Shown here piece by piece: positions 18,823 through 29,880 of a stretch of DNA of 64,000 bases. Under the pieces are notes generated by a model. The model was not told the DNA's origin, did not search any database, and saw nothing but the letters and a program-made list of their open reading frames with translations. The stretch's first letter is position 1. Every line of letters begins with the position of its first letter. The DNA lies in the sequence record NC_048668.1; one strand, written 5' to 3'. The position numbers and the translations under genes were made by a program.

Positions 18823-21381
18823 ATGAATAGTCTTACAGCTAGTTATTTACTCGATCATGCGCGCACTAACCTTTGGTGCGCACCATTCCAAGACCGACAG
18901 GTCATCTTAGACCTGACCCGTATCAGCCGAGATGGCGGTGCTTTGCAATCTATCCTTGTTCAATGGACAGATATTCCACTGCCTACTAAGGATGAGTTCT
19001 ACCACGTTTACCAGATCGGTAACAACAGTAGCTGGCGTACTAACTTGCCTGACCAACGAAATATTTGGTTCCAGATGAGTGCATGGTCTGCTACGGGTAA
19101 TCTCATTACTGATCTCTATCTGAACAACGGGGAAAGAATCCCTACCTTCAGCAGTTACGTCCTTCGTACCAAGAACGACAACTTGATTGTCGCAGTGAAG
19201 CTCTATAAGTCTCGCTGGAATCTGGACGAAGACAATCTCTACCTCCGCATTTACAACAACGCCTTCTTCTCCTCTAAACGCTCAGCAACGATCGAAACGA
19301 AAGTTGCCTACGGCGGTGGTGAATACAAAAACCCTAATGATGGGAAAACGTGGCGTGACGAAATTCGTGCATGGCGTAAGAAACGCGGTATCGTAAACGT
19401 ATTCGTCAATGGGGTATGGGTAGACGATTTAAATCTCTCTGCGATGGTTACAGGCGATTTGGTCGAATGGGTTTATGACAGTGCTGTCTCCCGTATCGTT
19501 GACTTTAAGTTGACGTCGTTACCGGACTTCACTTCTACCTTAGATAAAACGAAAAAGTATTTGCTTCACCCCAGTAAGAACTCTCATGAGGAAATGATCT
19601 ACTATCGCGACGATGTGGACGTTTACCTTTATGCCAAGAGCGGGGATGGCAACGACAAGCTGATTGGTCGTTATTACCAGCGTAACCGAGAAGACTCGAT
19701 GCGCATGGTCACTCACGCTGATTACTCGATCCCAACTGGTTACATCTACAACTACGTCGTTGATGGATGGACTAACCGCGACAACTTCTACATCCGCTTA
19801 CATCTGCGTGACAGTGGATTTAAGCGTCCTCTCATTAATGAGGTCAACCGTATCCAAACTTTGTATCGTTTAGACGATATGGATATTCTTCGCGCTATGC
19901 TGGGCATTGATGCGACGATCAAGGAATGGAAGGTTGAGAATCTAGAAGAGTCCATGTACACCGCTATCATGCGTGACCAGTATGCAACCTTCACTGCAGA
20001 AGATGTAGTGAACGCTTACGGGTATAACGCATTGGCTAAGCTGTTTGCTGACACTCCAGTAGACAGTAACCCGGATAGTAATGGTGACTGGGCGCAAGTG
20101 CCATTCGGGATTCAACAAGGCGGGACATTCTTCGAGTACACCAAAGATGGTAAACTCTTAGGATGGAGTTTTGACGGGTTCAGTGATCGCTTCTTTACCA
20201 AGTTCGAAGGGACTGGAATGGTAGAGATGCTCATGGGTCACGGTAGAAAGGATATCAACTGGAATCCTTCTAACGACGATTTCCAGATGGGCGACAAGTA
20301 CCAGTATTACTTCTTCGTAAGTCCAGTCAAGAACGGGGTTATTACCGGAGCATGGCGGCCTGCTGAGGAAGGGAAGGACTACATGGTTAGTCCTAATGGA
20401 TTGGTTACCTGGATCCACGTAAAAGCGCGTAATATGGGTTTGGTGCTCTCTAACGAGTACTTCCTCTGTTACACCCAGGATGTTAATCCGTCCGATGGCA
20501 TCATGCGGTTCTCCATCACTCACTCTAATCAGCTGGGTACCGTACTTCCTATTCAGCCTGAAGTTCTCGATATCTTCCAAGGAAGTTATTCGCTTATTGA
20601 AGGTTTGGACTATATCGTAGAGTGGCCGGTAGTTACGGTCATCACTCCGCGTTACAACGTGCCGGGTGATGTGCAACGGTTTACCATTCGCGGTATGGGC
20701 TGGGAGACTCCGACTGTTAAACGTCGCAAGCCAGATGATGCAGGGTTCGCTTACCAAGGAATCTTGAGCCTCAACGGTCGCTTCGATGTACGTGACGATA
20801 AAGTCATGCGTTGCGTTGTTGACGGTAAGCTCGGGATCGCAAGTGAATTGCCATTTGCTGAGAACTACGGTAAGCCGGGAATTATTACTGTCCCTAATGG
20901 TACGGCGTATTCAGAAATGACCATGTACGTTCCGCTGTTCGGTTTGTCCACTAAACAGAATGAGATCCTCATGCTGCGTGGTGAAGAAAGCGATAAGCGT
21001 TTGAGCGATTACATGACGCTGAAGTACCCGGAAGTAGTGGTAGAAGGCCCGAACCCGATTGAGGAACATTATCGTCTCTTCAGTCCGTTGATCACCCGCC
21101 TCTACTATGAAATCAACTTGGGAACATTGACTCCTCCGTCCAATCCGAAAGATCGTGTAACGCTCTCTAACGTGATCAATGATTATCTCGATTACTTGAA
21201 CATCGACCCTTGTCGTTTCGATTTGAACGAGAACTATCTACGGATTGATTGTCACCCGTTTGACGATATGCTTCCTATCGATAAAGCAACTTGGCTGTTC
21301 TTCGAGCAGGTTAACCAAGTGTACCTTCGTGGGAAACTCAAGTTAAATAGCTTCTTCATCATCAAGGACAAAACTGTATGA
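18823..21381 (+). CDS. large virion structural protein (phiKZ gp27-like)
   Basis: About 850 aa; NLWCAPFQDRQ N-terminus; synteny. Confidence 0.75.
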   Translation: MNSLTASYLLDHARTNLWCAPFQDRQVILDLTRISRDGGALQSILVQWTDIPLPTKDEFYHVYQIGNNSSWRTNLPDQRNIWFQMSAWSATGNLITDLYLNNGERIPTFSSYVLRTKNDNLIVAVKLYKSRWNLDEDNLYLRIYNNAFFSSKRSATIETKVAYGGGEYKNPNDGKTWRDEIRAWRKKRGIVNVFVNGVWVDDLNLSAMVTGDLVEWVYDSAVSRIVDFKLTSLPDFTSTLDKTKKYLLHPSKNSHEEMIYYRDDVDVYLYAKSGDGNDKLIGRYYQRNREDSMRMVTHADYSIPTGYIYNYVVDGWTNRDNFYIRLHLRDSGFKRPLINEVNRIQTLYRLDDMDILRAMLGIDATIKEWKVENLEESMYTAIMRDQYATFTAEDVVNAYGYNALAKLFADTPVDSNPDSNGDWAQVPFGIQQGGTFFEYTKDGKLLGWSFDGFSDRFFTKFEGTGMVEMLMGHGRKDINWNPSNDDFQMGDKYQYYFFVSPVKNGVITGAWRPAEEGKDYMVSPNGLVTWIHVKARNMGLVLSNEYFLCYTQDVNPSDGIMRFSITHSNQLGTVLPIQPEVLDIFQGSYSLIEGLDYIVEWPVVTVITPRYNVPGDVQRFTIRGMGWETPTVKRRKPDDAGFAYQGILSLNGRFDVRDDKVMRCVVDGKLGIASELPFAENYGKPGIITVPNGTAYSEMTMYVPLFGLSTKQNEILMLRGEESDKRLSDYMTLKYPEVVVEGPNPIEEHYRLFSPLITRLYYEINLGTLTPPSNPKDRVTLSNVINDYLDYLNIDPCRFDLNENYLRIDCHPFDDMLPIDKATWLFFEQVNQVYLRGKLKLNSFFIIKDKTV

Positions 21382-23099
21382 CTGTCTTGAAAACGACTGG
21401 CGGTTTGCCTTACGTTACAGGACTTACGGATACCACACCGGGCGATGTCCCGGTTTGGAACCCCAAGGCCCTGTGGCAGTATCGGCACATCAGTGAAATT
21501 TATAGGGGTCGTGAAAATATTGGCCAAGGTAATATCGGTCGTTATGTCCCTAATAAAGGCGATAAAGTATTTGACCCAGAAACGGGCGATTACCTGGTAT
21601 CCGAAGTTGATCAATCAACTCTGCTCTCTACGTTGATCTCTTATACGCCGCCGACCACCGAAGGTTCCAATCTTCCTGATAAACTCCTCGGTGTTGGCCC
21701 GCGTTATCCGCAGGCTGGTTACTTTGTCTACGTTGACAGTACCGTTAACCCGCCACGGATGAGTTTCGACTCCATGCTTCACTACTACTCTAAGAGTGCG
21801 ATTAAAGTTCGCGTCTATGCTGGGGAAGATATTACTTCTAACCCAGAGGTATTGTCTGCATGGTACGATCAGTCCGGTGTTTATCGTGGTGACACGATTG
21901 ACCTGGTTAAGGTAAACGATATTGCCGGTAATGCCGACTACAAGGTTCCTCTGGAAGCCTGGTCTAAACGACCAATCAAACAGGGTGAATCTGTCATGGT
22001 TGTCTGCTACAGTGCGGAAGGTATCCCTACTTCTAAAGTAGTGATGCGCGCCATCGACTCCGGTATCATCCGTCAGAACAACACTGCACAGCGCGAGATC
22101 CACTCTATTGAGTTGGTATCGAGTTACCTGTCACCTACCGATAAGACTCGTCTCCTGATTCCTTCTCAGGCTCTGATGGATTCTATCGATCTGGGTTGCC
22201 GGGTTACTTACAGCGACGGTACTGTGTCTCCACTGAAACCGATTGATGACTCTAAGATTCGTCTGTCTGGTTTCCGTGAGTACGTGTCTACTGAAGTTGG
22301 TCGTGAGAACCCACTGACGTTGTTCTATCAGCTGGATAGTACCGAGAGTTATTCCGGTACCAACACTTCGGCTAACGGCGTGGTTGCTGTTCGTTACACG
22401 ATCGAAACAGTTGCTGTCCGTAACGCATTTGCCGTTAAGCTGTTCATGTATCCTTACTGGGTAGATGATAACAACGGCTACCGTCTGCGCTTCTGGCTGC
22501 ACTCCTTGGATCGTCTGTCGATGTACGACGTGACTAACTTGATCGAAATCTCTCCGAGCTCAGCTACCTGGGATCCGAAAGGTTACGGGATTAAACAACA
22601 CATGCAGTTCGACTTGGACTTGTCTCGTGTTGATCCTAGCTATCAAGCGTATCGTCACACTCAACGTAACGACATCTCTCTGGTTCGCGACGGTGTTACC
22701 GATGACGGTACCGCCTGGTTCGTTAACTTCGAGAATGGTGACGAGGACTACGGCGGTGGTTTGGAATGTCGTCTGAAGTTCGTGAGTTCTCAGAACTGGA
22801 GCGTCGATATCGCTGCTCAGGCTAAAACCCTGGAAGAGTGGCTGGATCGTGTTTACTACCGTACTCACCCTCTGTACGATAGCAGCAACGAACTGGCACC
22901 TCCGGCTCCGACTCACTTCGTACTGGTTGTTGACGGGATGCGTGTACGTCGTCCGATCTCTGATTGGAACCAACCGTTCACTGTTCCTACCGGTGGTAAA
23001 GTTGGTGATCTGGCAGCAGTTCACTGGATCAAAGAAGTCGACGATGTCGATTTGCAGTTGGGTACTAGCGGCTTCATTATCCGCCAGAACATCCCATAA
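21378..23099 (+). CDS. virion structural protein (phiKZ gp26-like)
   Basis: 573 aa; ATGA-coupled; synteny upstream of terminase. Confidence 0.75.
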   Translation: MTVLKTTGGLPYVTGLTDTTPGDVPVWNPKALWQYRHISEIYRGRENIGQGNIGRYVPNKGDKVFDPETGDYLVSEVDQSTLLSTLISYTPPTTEGSNLPDKLLGVGPRYPQAGYFVYVDSTVNPPRMSFDSMLHYYSKSAIKVRVYAGEDITSNPEVLSAWYDQSGVYRGDTIDLVKVNDIAGNADYKVPLEAWSKRPIKQGESVMVVCYSAEGIPTSKVVMRAIDSGIIRQNNTAQREIHSIELVSSYLSPTDKTRLLIPSQALMDSIDLGCRVTYSDGTVSPLKPIDDSKIRLSGFREYVSTEVGRENPLTLFYQLDSTESYSGTNTSANGVVAVRYTIETVAVRNAFAVKLFMYPYWVDDNNGYRLRFWLHSLDRLSMYDVTNLIEISPSSATWDPKGYGIKQHMQFDLDLSRVDPSYQAYRHTQRNDISLVRDGVTDDGTAWFVNFENGDEDYGGGLECRLKFVSSQNWSVDIAAQAKTLEEWLDRVYYRTHPLYDSSNELAPPAPTHFVLVVDGMRVRRPISDWNQPFTVPTGGKVGDLAAVHWIKEVDDVDLQLGTSGFIIRQNIP

Positions 23100-23242
23100 T
23101 CGATTATAGACCGAGAGGGGACCTTAGGGTTCCCTCTCTCTATTTTGTCTTATTGTGAGGCCCTATAGAGGCTACTAGCCTATTAACTGAGTCTTCTGGC
23201 TCGGTATTAACTATTAAAGCCAACCGTTTATGGAGCAATAAG

Positions 23243-25357
23243 ATGATACTGCACAAAAAAGATTGGGATAAGTTCCCCAGCGCAATTCCGCATATTACGA
23301 CAAAAAATAAATCGTTCAAACGATTCGTCGGTGTGCTGCAGAAAATGGGGATCGAGAACTGTTGGTGGCCTTTGGCACTGCTCAACCCGGAGTTGGCTAA
23401 TGTCGACCCATTCGACCCTAACCTGACTGACTCGCAGAAAGCAGCAGTCAAACTGGAAGCTGAATACAACATCTGGTATTACCTGAGGGAATGCGTTCTC
23501 GTACCTAACCCTGCAGGTGATGGTGGCGATATGTTCCGTGCTAACCGTGCGAACATGTCCTTGATCTGGTCTTACATGAATCACGTAGCATATCTTCTGA
23601 TTCAGCCTCGTCAGACTGGTAAATCGATTTCCTCTTATGTACTGTACAGCTGGTTACTTTACATCAAGTATCGTAAGACCCGTATCTCCCTGGTAACTAA
23701 GTCGGATGAACTGCGTGCTGAAACCACAACTAAGGTTAGACAGATTCGCGAGCTTCTTCCTCCGTACATGACCATTACGGATAAGACCGATACCATCGCA
23801 GGTGACAAGGCGACTTACAACGTTCGTCAAAACTTACTGGCTGTTGCGGTATCGCGTTCTGACCCAGCGGGTGCTAACAAAGTTGGTCGTGGTAACACCT
23901 CCCCTACCGTAGGTTGGGATGAGGCCCCCTTCATTACCCACATCAAGATTGCTTACACCGCAGCAATGCCAGGTATGAACGCCGCGATCAAAGCAGCGCG
24001 TGACCGTGGTATGCCATACGGTACCATCATGACAACTACTGCCGGTGAGCAAACAGACCGTGACGGTGAGTTCATCCACAAAATGTGGACTGAAGCAGCT
24101 CCATGGACTGAACACTTCCTGGACGCAGGGGATCAGGATAAACTGGAAGGGATGGTTAAGTTATCCTGTAAAGGCCGTCAGGTTCTGATCAACGGTACGT
24201 GGTCACATACTCAGGTTGGTGTTAGTGACCGTGAGCACTACGATAACATGGCACGTGCGCAGGCTGATGGCCCAGAGGCAGACCGTGACTTCTTTAACAT
24301 CTGGACTTCCGGTGGTGCTAATAACCCATTGGATAAAGGTACTCTGGCTCAGATCGTTGCAAGTCAGCGTTACTCGGATTACTCTGAAGTATTCGCTGGC
24401 GGCTACGTTATCCACTGGTATTTGAGTAAAGAAGAGCTAGAGGAACGTAGACCTAACCTTCAGATGATTGTGGGCGCCGATACCTCCGAAGGCGGCGGTA
24501 ACGATGCCTTGACGCTCATCTTCACTGACCCGTATGATTTGTCGGTGCTAGGTACTTCGGTCATTAACGAGGCGCTTATTCCTAAGTACGCTGAGTTCCT
24601 CCATCAGATGTTAGTTCGTTATCCTAAGTCAGTCTTTATCCCTGAACGTAAGTCAACCGGTCAAACCTTTATCGACTACTTGTGTATCATGTTGCACAAA
24701 GACGGTATCGATCCATTCACTCGTATTTACAACACTATCGTAAACGAGTCGGACAGTGACCGTGTTGCATTCCAGGAAATCAAAGGGTCGATGGATCATC
24801 GCGATGACTCGTTCTACATTCGTCGTAAAACGAAGTTTGGTTTCTGTACCGGTACCACAACTCGCCGTACTCTCTACAGCGAGATTCTTCAGATTGCTGG
24901 TAAGAAAGGCGCGAGTCGTGTGCACGATAAAGTACTGATCTCCGAACTGACTGGACTGGTGTCCAAGAACGGTCGTGTCGACCACGCTTCGGGTAAACAC
25001 GATGATACCGTCATCGCATGGTTACTGAGCGTCTGGTTGCTCGTATACGGTCGTAACCTCGACTACTACGGCATTGATGCTCGTCGTGTAATGACACGTG
25101 CTCTGGAAAGCTCTGGGATGTCTAAGGAAGAAGAACAACGCCACATGGACATCGAAGCGTTGCAACGTCAGATTGAAAGTACCCTTGAGCAACTCAAGAG
25201 TGCAGATAGTCCAGCGTTGGCTATTCGCTACGAGAAACGAATCACTCACCTCAGCGAGATGTTAAGTGAGATGGGTATCGATTCTGTAAACATCTCAGGT
25301 AAGATCGAAGAGATCAATGACGAGCGGAGACGTAAGGTTTACAACAACTATTACTAA
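23243..25357 (+). CDS. terL: terminase large subunit
   Basis: Walker A PRQTGKS, Walker B WDE, nuclease ADTSEG and HDD motifs; 704 aa. Confidence 0.92.
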   Translation: MILHKKDWDKFPSAIPHITTKNKSFKRFVGVLQKMGIENCWWPLALLNPELANVDPFDPNLTDSQKAAVKLEAEYNIWYYLRECVLVPNPAGDGGDMFRANRANMSLIWSYMNHVAYLLIQPRQTGKSISSYVLYSWLLYIKYRKTRISLVTKSDELRAETTTKVRQIRELLPPYMTITDKTDTIAGDKATYNVRQNLLAVAVSRSDPAGANKVGRGNTSPTVGWDEAPFITHIKIAYTAAMPGMNAAIKAARDRGMPYGTIMTTTAGEQTDRDGEFIHKMWTEAAPWTEHFLDAGDQDKLEGMVKLSCKGRQVLINGTWSHTQVGVSDREHYDNMARAQADGPEADRDFFNIWTSGGANNPLDKGTLAQIVASQRYSDYSEVFAGGYVIHWYLSKEELEERRPNLQMIVGADTSEGGGNDALTLIFTDPYDLSVLGTSVINEALIPKYAEFLHQMLVRYPKSVFIPERKSTGQTFIDYLCIMLHKDGIDPFTRIYNTIVNESDSDRVAFQEIKGSMDHRDDSFYIRRKTKFGFCTGTTTRRTLYSEILQIAGKKGASRVHDKVLISELTGLVSKNGRVDHASGKHDDTVIAWLLSVWLLVYGRNLDYYGIDARRVMTRALESSGMSKEEEQRHMDIEALQRQIESTLEQLKSADSPALAIRYEKRITHLSEMLSEMGIDSVNISGKIEEINDERRRKVYNNYY

Positions 25358-25375
25358 TCCACTTGGATTGAGATC

Positions 25376-25393
25376 TATATTACTTTAATGATA
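25376..25393 (+). promoter_or_regulatory. early promoter TATATTAC-N5-TGATA
   Basis: tctatattactttaatgata, identical to the copy at 7309-7328. Confidence 0.8.
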
Positions 25394-25469
25394 GCTGAGT
25401 AGTGGCTTCGGTCACTACTCCTATTTTACATCCATCCTGAAATAACTATGACCAACTGAGGAGAACATT

Positions 25470-26462
25470 ATGTCTGTTATGAACTTTGAGAAATTTGTTA
25501 CCCGTGAAAAGAATCGTTATTCTGTTTACAAGCTTCATGAAATGTACGTCATGAAAGATAACGATGAAATTATCTCGGTGCTACGTAAAGATCGCCCTCT
25601 GGATTCAGAAACAGAGATCGTCGTTATTACTGAGCGCGGTGAGTCGGGTATCTGGTATCTGGGCTTGCAGTCCGGCAACATGAATAACCGTAAGGAGATT
25701 AAACGTCTCCTGAAAAGAAATGCACCTAAGGGCGTTAAGTTTGAGTTCTTCGAAAAGATCCGCTTCAAAATCGACGGCAATCAACGCTTCCTGACATCTG
25801 CGGGCAATCGTATCGCAGAAGGGGCAATGAACGAAGACTTCAACAACTGGCGTGGGCCGTTCAGTGGTCGTCAGTGGAAAGAAGATCTGGGTGGTAAATT
25901 CAAAGACTACCTGAAAGAACAGTTCGACTTACAATGGGCTCACAAAGCCATTTGTCAGCGTCGTGGTGAATATCAATATCTACCCGATGTTGCGCTGTTC
26001 TTCGACACCACTAAAGATCTGGTACTGAAGTTGATTAAGCGTCCCAATGACAAGGATAGCTGCGAAGGCTTCTACGTCGGCACGCTCTACGGTAAACCAT
26101 TCGGTTACCACATAGACGGCAATCAACCTAAGATCACTCAGATCGATGACTACGTCCGTCGTTCGGTTGCTGACATCACGCAGACTCCAATCGAATCCGT
26201 CGAACTCGAAGGCGAACGCTTCGCTACGGATGTTAACTACGATCGCGTTGCTGACCGTTGGATCCTCAACTCTACGATCGGCGAGATTGGTCACTTGGTC
26301 AAAGGGGTTCGTCCTGATAACACTTGTGATATTCGCAAGCACGTTAAATGGACATACCGCGTTAACGGATTTGCTCTCAACGAAATTCCATTGTTGGAAC
26401 CGTTGTTGGTAGAAAGTTTCCTTCGTGGTTACCATCGCCTTATTCAGCACACCACCGTCTAA
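25470..26462 (+). CDS. early hypothetical protein (330 aa)
   Basis: RBS GAGGAG; own promoter and terminator. Confidence 0.8.
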   Translation: MSVMNFEKFVTREKNRYSVYKLHEMYVMKDNDEIISVLRKDRPLDSETEIVVITERGESGIWYLGLQSGNMNNRKEIKRLLKRNAPKGVKFEFFEKIRFKIDGNQRFLTSAGNRIAEGAMNEDFNNWRGPFSGRQWKEDLGGKFKDYLKEQFDLQWAHKAICQRRGEYQYLPDVALFFDTTKDLVLKLIKRPNDKDSCEGFYVGTLYGKPFGYHIDGNQPKITQIDDYVRRSVADITQTPIESVELEGERFATDVNYDRVADRWILNSTIGEIGHLVKGVRPDNTCDIRKHVKWTYRVNGFALNEIPLLEPLLVESFLRGYHRLIQHTTV

Positions 26463-26509
26463 GTGGCATAAAAGAAAGGGCATTGCGCCCTTTCTTTTTT
26501 TTGTGTTTT

Positions 26510-27763
26510 TTAAGAGGGACGAACACCAGTACGAGAATGAGAACTACCGCCAGCTTGATAATACTTCATCGTAACAGTACGCAGAACGATGTAGAGAATA
26601 ACACCGGTACGTTCTGAACTTACTGGGGTAGGCGGATTACGACCCGTGGCTTTACGAACGAGATCGTCGCCGTTGGTACGCAGGAACATGACATCCGGCT
26701 CTTTGTTACGCGAGGCGTTGATAACACCTTTCAACCCAGAGATTAACTCTGCCAGGTTTTGAGGGTTAATGCCGCGAGCATGGATAAAGTCGAAAGTATA
26801 TTCCAACGTTCTCTCAACAAAACTTTTCACCTTCTTGCCTTGTGGCTTAGAGTACATCGTAGAGATGAACGTAAGCGTCTCTGTTAAGAGTTTAGGCTGA
26901 AGGCTAGGGTTTGTCTTACTAATCAGATCAACGAGCTCCGGTTTGACGAAGGAGCTTGTATCAGTGATAGTTTCGTTGAGGTAACGACGGTACATCGGGA
27001 ACAGACGTTTAACGTCGCGTACTTCTAACGAGCCATCTACTTCAACCATAGTCGATGTAGCAATCACGCGGTCGCCAGCTTCTTTGACTTGATAGTACAG
27101 CGCAGTCAGCGTCTTGATCACTACGCGGATACGGGTCTGTATATCTGACAGGATGTATTTCACATCGTCGTCGTCATTGAAGCGAATAAAGGATTCGTAG
27201 TGAATCCCGTTAGTAGCGATGATTGACTTGGCACGTTCCTCGATTAACTTAGCCCAGGTCTTGTATTGCTTAAGGTCGTACTTGTAGGACATTGCCTCGT
27301 AAGTACGCAGGGCGATCTGGGGATCGGTACCGTACGGGAAGTACTGCGTTAAAATACCACAGATGAACTTAAAGTGCAGGACACGAATAATGTCGATTGC
27401 GCAGTTCGTCTTTTGAGTCGGGTTCAACTTATCGCTAGTCAATACCCGGTGAACGAAGTAAATCGTGGTCAGGTTGAAAGCGTCAGTTGTAACGATGTGG
27501 TTAGGATCGATGTTGTCCAGGTTATCGATGTTGATCTTTAACGTGTCCATATCGGTCACTGCGATATTGTCGAACCATTCTTTCAGTTCGGTCATCGTCC
27601 AACGAACCTTGTGCGCTGCCAATAGCCCTGAACCAAAGAAGGCTGAGTGCTCGCCTTTGTTCATGAATACACGGACAAAGGTATTTATTTTTTTGGCTAA
27701 GCTAGGGTCAAAGGAGATGTGCGAATAGGTGCTGTCGAAAAGCTGTTTGATTTCCACGGACAA
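26510..27763 (-). CDS. conserved phiKZ-family virion-associated protein
   Basis: 417 aa; AFFGSGLL motif; TATGTA late-type motif upstream on the minus strand (about 27790). Confidence 0.7.
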   Translation of the reverse strand: MSVEIKQLFDSTYSHISFDPSLAKKINTFVRVFMNKGEHSAFFGSGLLAAHKVRWTMTELKEWFDNIAVTDMDTLKINIDNLDNIDPNHIVTTDAFNLTTIYFVHRVLTSDKLNPTQKTNCAIDIIRVLHFKFICGILTQYFPYGTDPQIALRTYEAMSYKYDLKQYKTWAKLIEERAKSIIATNGIHYESFIRFNDDDDVKYILSDIQTRIRVVIKTLTALYYQVKEAGDRVIATSTMVEVDGSLEVRDVKRLFPMYRRYLNETITDTSSFVKPELVDLISKTNPSLQPKLLTETLTFISTMYSKPQGKKVKSFVERTLEYTFDFIHARGINPQNLAELISGLKGVINASRNKEPDVMFLRTNGDDLVRKATGRNPPTPVSSERTGVILYIVLRTVTMKYYQAGGSSHSRTGVRPS

Positions 27764-27822
27764 GGTCCTTTGGTCAGTTATTCAAAAAGTTACATACCAA
27801 CCGATTTCAAACAATTTTCAAG

Positions 27823-27855
27823 TCTATATAACCGTGGCGAATATCCAGAAGTAAT
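27823..27855 (+). promoter_or_regulatory. class B promoter-like motif
   Basis: TCTATATAACCGTGGCGAATATCCAGAAGTAAT. Confidence 0.7.
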
Positions 27856-27890
27856 GGGTAAAGTTTAATAATCGAATAGGGTAATTCTTA

Positions 27891-28223
27891 ATGGCTATCA
27901 ATACTATCCTAGATGCAAAGGTTCGTCTCGAAGAACTTCGTAAAGTGGTAGGTTCCGTTTCTCTCAATAATGACGAATCGCGTAAGCACGCTTTTTTAAC
28001 GGTGCGTACAATTACAGTAGGTATTGCTGACGTCATCATGCATGACTTCGGTAACGATTACGCTCGGCTCTTACTCAGCGCCGATCATTATCAGCTTTAT
28101 AGCTGGGCAACCGCTACAGCGTTCTACTGCAGTAAGATGTTAACGGAAGATAACTCTTCTAAGTTAATTCGTGCAATCCATTTCCTCGACGATCAGATTG
28201 AAGATCAGCTCGAAAAACTGTAA
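27891..28223 (+). CDS. hypothetical protein
   Basis: First ORF after the class B motif. Confidence 0.7.
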   Translation: MAINTILDAKVRLEELRKVVGSVSLNNDESRKHAFLTVRTITVGIADVIMHDFGNDYARLLLSADHYQLYSWATATAFYCSKMLTEDNSSKLIRAIHFLDDQIEDQLEKL

Positions 28224-28263
28224 TTCCATTTAATCCATTTTCACTAATAAAGAGGTATTTATC

Positions 28264-28698
28264 ATGGCTATCAACTTCACCGAAAAACAAACTCGTTCTA
28301 TCACTGCTGCGCGTATCGCTGGTCTGGTTCAGGCATTGGCTCATGAAGTCGCAATGTTCGGTCGTGATCCACAAACTCTGCTGGAAACTGAATACCTGCC
28401 ACTGTACTCTCAACTGCAGGATCTGGGCTTCAATGCCAAAGGCGACATCAAATGGATGCTGCTGCAGGATCTGGAGCGCAGCCATGGTATCGCGTTCCAC
28501 AAAACCGATCTGGGTTTCGGCTTCCAGTTCAAAGGCCTGACTCTGGAAGTAGCTTCTAAAATCGAAGCGCAAAACTCAACCGGCGGTAAGGACTTTCCTT
28601 CCGTCATCCGTAACCGCGAAGCCAAATACAAAGGCTACGAAGTCGTTTACGCTGTTGCAACTAAAACTGGTAGCGACCACGCGATCGTACGCGCTTAA
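28264..28698 (+). CDS. hypothetical protein
   Basis: RBS GAGGT; strongly biased codon usage. Confidence 0.8.
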   Translation: MAINFTEKQTRSITAARIAGLVQALAHEVAMFGRDPQTLLETEYLPLYSQLQDLGFNAKGDIKWMLLQDLERSHGIAFHKTDLGFGFQFKGLTLEVASKIEAQNSTGGKDFPSVIRNREAKYKGYEVVYAVATKTGSDHAIVRA

Positions 28699-28733
28699 AA
28701 TCATCGCTGTTTTTCGATAAGTAAGGAAACAAA

Positions 28734-29498
28734 ATGACCATTAACAAATTCCCTCATGAAGTCTCTGAGAAATTGGGCTGGTACGTTTATACTCTCACTA
28801 ATCCTCTGAATAATGACGAGGTGTTCTACGTTGGTAAGGGTTGTGGTAATCGCATCTTCGCTCATGTTAATGATCAACTCAAAACCAAGGATGCGAGTAA
28901 CCTTTCACTTAAACTGGGAACGATTAAAGAGATTCATGAATCCGGTCTGGAAGTAGGTCACAACATCGTGGCCTACAACTTAAGGGATGAGACAGAAGCC
29001 TTTGCCGTAGAATCTGCTTTGATTAACGTCTACCCTAACTTGACAAATGAAGTCAAAGGACACGGTAATAAATTCGGCGTACTTACTGTCGAAGAAGCCA
29101 TTGTCCAATACGGGGCTGAGGAAGCTGTTCTGGAAGATGACGTCTTGATCATTAAGATCAATGACAGTTACGATAAGATGAGTACTTACGACGCAGTACG
29201 TTTCTCCTGGCCAGTAGTCGTTAGTCGCGCTAGTAGAGCTAAAGCTGTGCTGGCTGTTGCTAACGGTATCGTACGTGGCGTTTTTGAAGTAGACAGTTGG
29301 AAACCTGCTACTCCAGAAAACTTCCCTGAGATGTATCGTTTAAGAACCATCGAAGATGTTGCTAAAGAAAGCAAAAGAAAAGCTTTCTCAGGAAGGGTGG
29401 CTTCAGAGCCACTCTATTCCCGTTACATTAACAAAAAGCTCCCTGCTGAATATTCCTTAAAAGGTTCTCAGCAATCAATCCGTTACAATTTCAAATAA
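28734..29498 (+). CDS. LEM-3-like GIY-YIG nuclease
   Basis: YVYTL.NP...EVFYVGKG.GNR.FAH, A..VESALI, C-terminal YDAVRFSW domain. Confidence 0.8.
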   Translation: MTINKFPHEVSEKLGWYVYTLTNPLNNDEVFYVGKGCGNRIFAHVNDQLKTKDASNLSLKLGTIKEIHESGLEVGHNIVAYNLRDETEAFAVESALINVYPNLTNEVKGHGNKFGVLTVEEAIVQYGAEEAVLEDDVLIIKINDSYDKMSTYDAVRFSWPVVVSRASRAKAVLAVANGIVRGVFEVDSWKPATPENFPEMYRLRTIEDVAKESKRKAFSGRVASEPLYSRYINKKLPAEYSLKGSQQSIRYNFK

Positions 29499-29508
29499 GG
29501 AAATCATC

Positions 29509-29859
29509 ATGCATAGTGTAAACGCCATTATCCGTACTATCGAAACTAACCCAGAGTTTGACAAAATCGCAGCTCCGTTCAACCGTACCTTGGTTCTGGC
29601 TCGTAAAGGTAAAGTCAAAAAGATGATCAAAATGATCGAGTCTTTGGCTAACGAGCCTACTGAGCTGTATGTCATCAGAATCGAAACTGGCGATAGCTGG
29701 TTCAAAACTCCGGTCGGTGGTGATCACTGGATCCTTAGCCGGACTGAAATCTCTCGCCTGCGTGCCGCACTTTATCGTGCGATCGAAAAGGACAGCTATC
29801 CGGTCAAGTTGAGTCGTACCATCGTTCAGTATCAGCCGATCGTAAACTTCGTAAAATAA
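29509..29859 (+). CDS. hypothetical protein, paralog of 29881..30258
   Basis: Shared LSR...RL...L.R..E...PV motif. Confidence 0.75.
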   Translation: MHSVNAIIRTIETNPEFDKIAAPFNRTLVLARKGKVKKMIKMIESLANEPTELYVIRIETGDSWFKTPVGGDHWILSRTEISRLRAALYRAIEKDSYPVKLSRTIVQYQPIVNFVK

Positions 29860-29880
29860 TTAACCTCGAGGCCAGAACAA

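Noticed and set aside
28734-29498. Intron-encoded homing endonuclease
   Set aside because: No flanking intron structure or interrupted gene; LEM-3-type domain architecture
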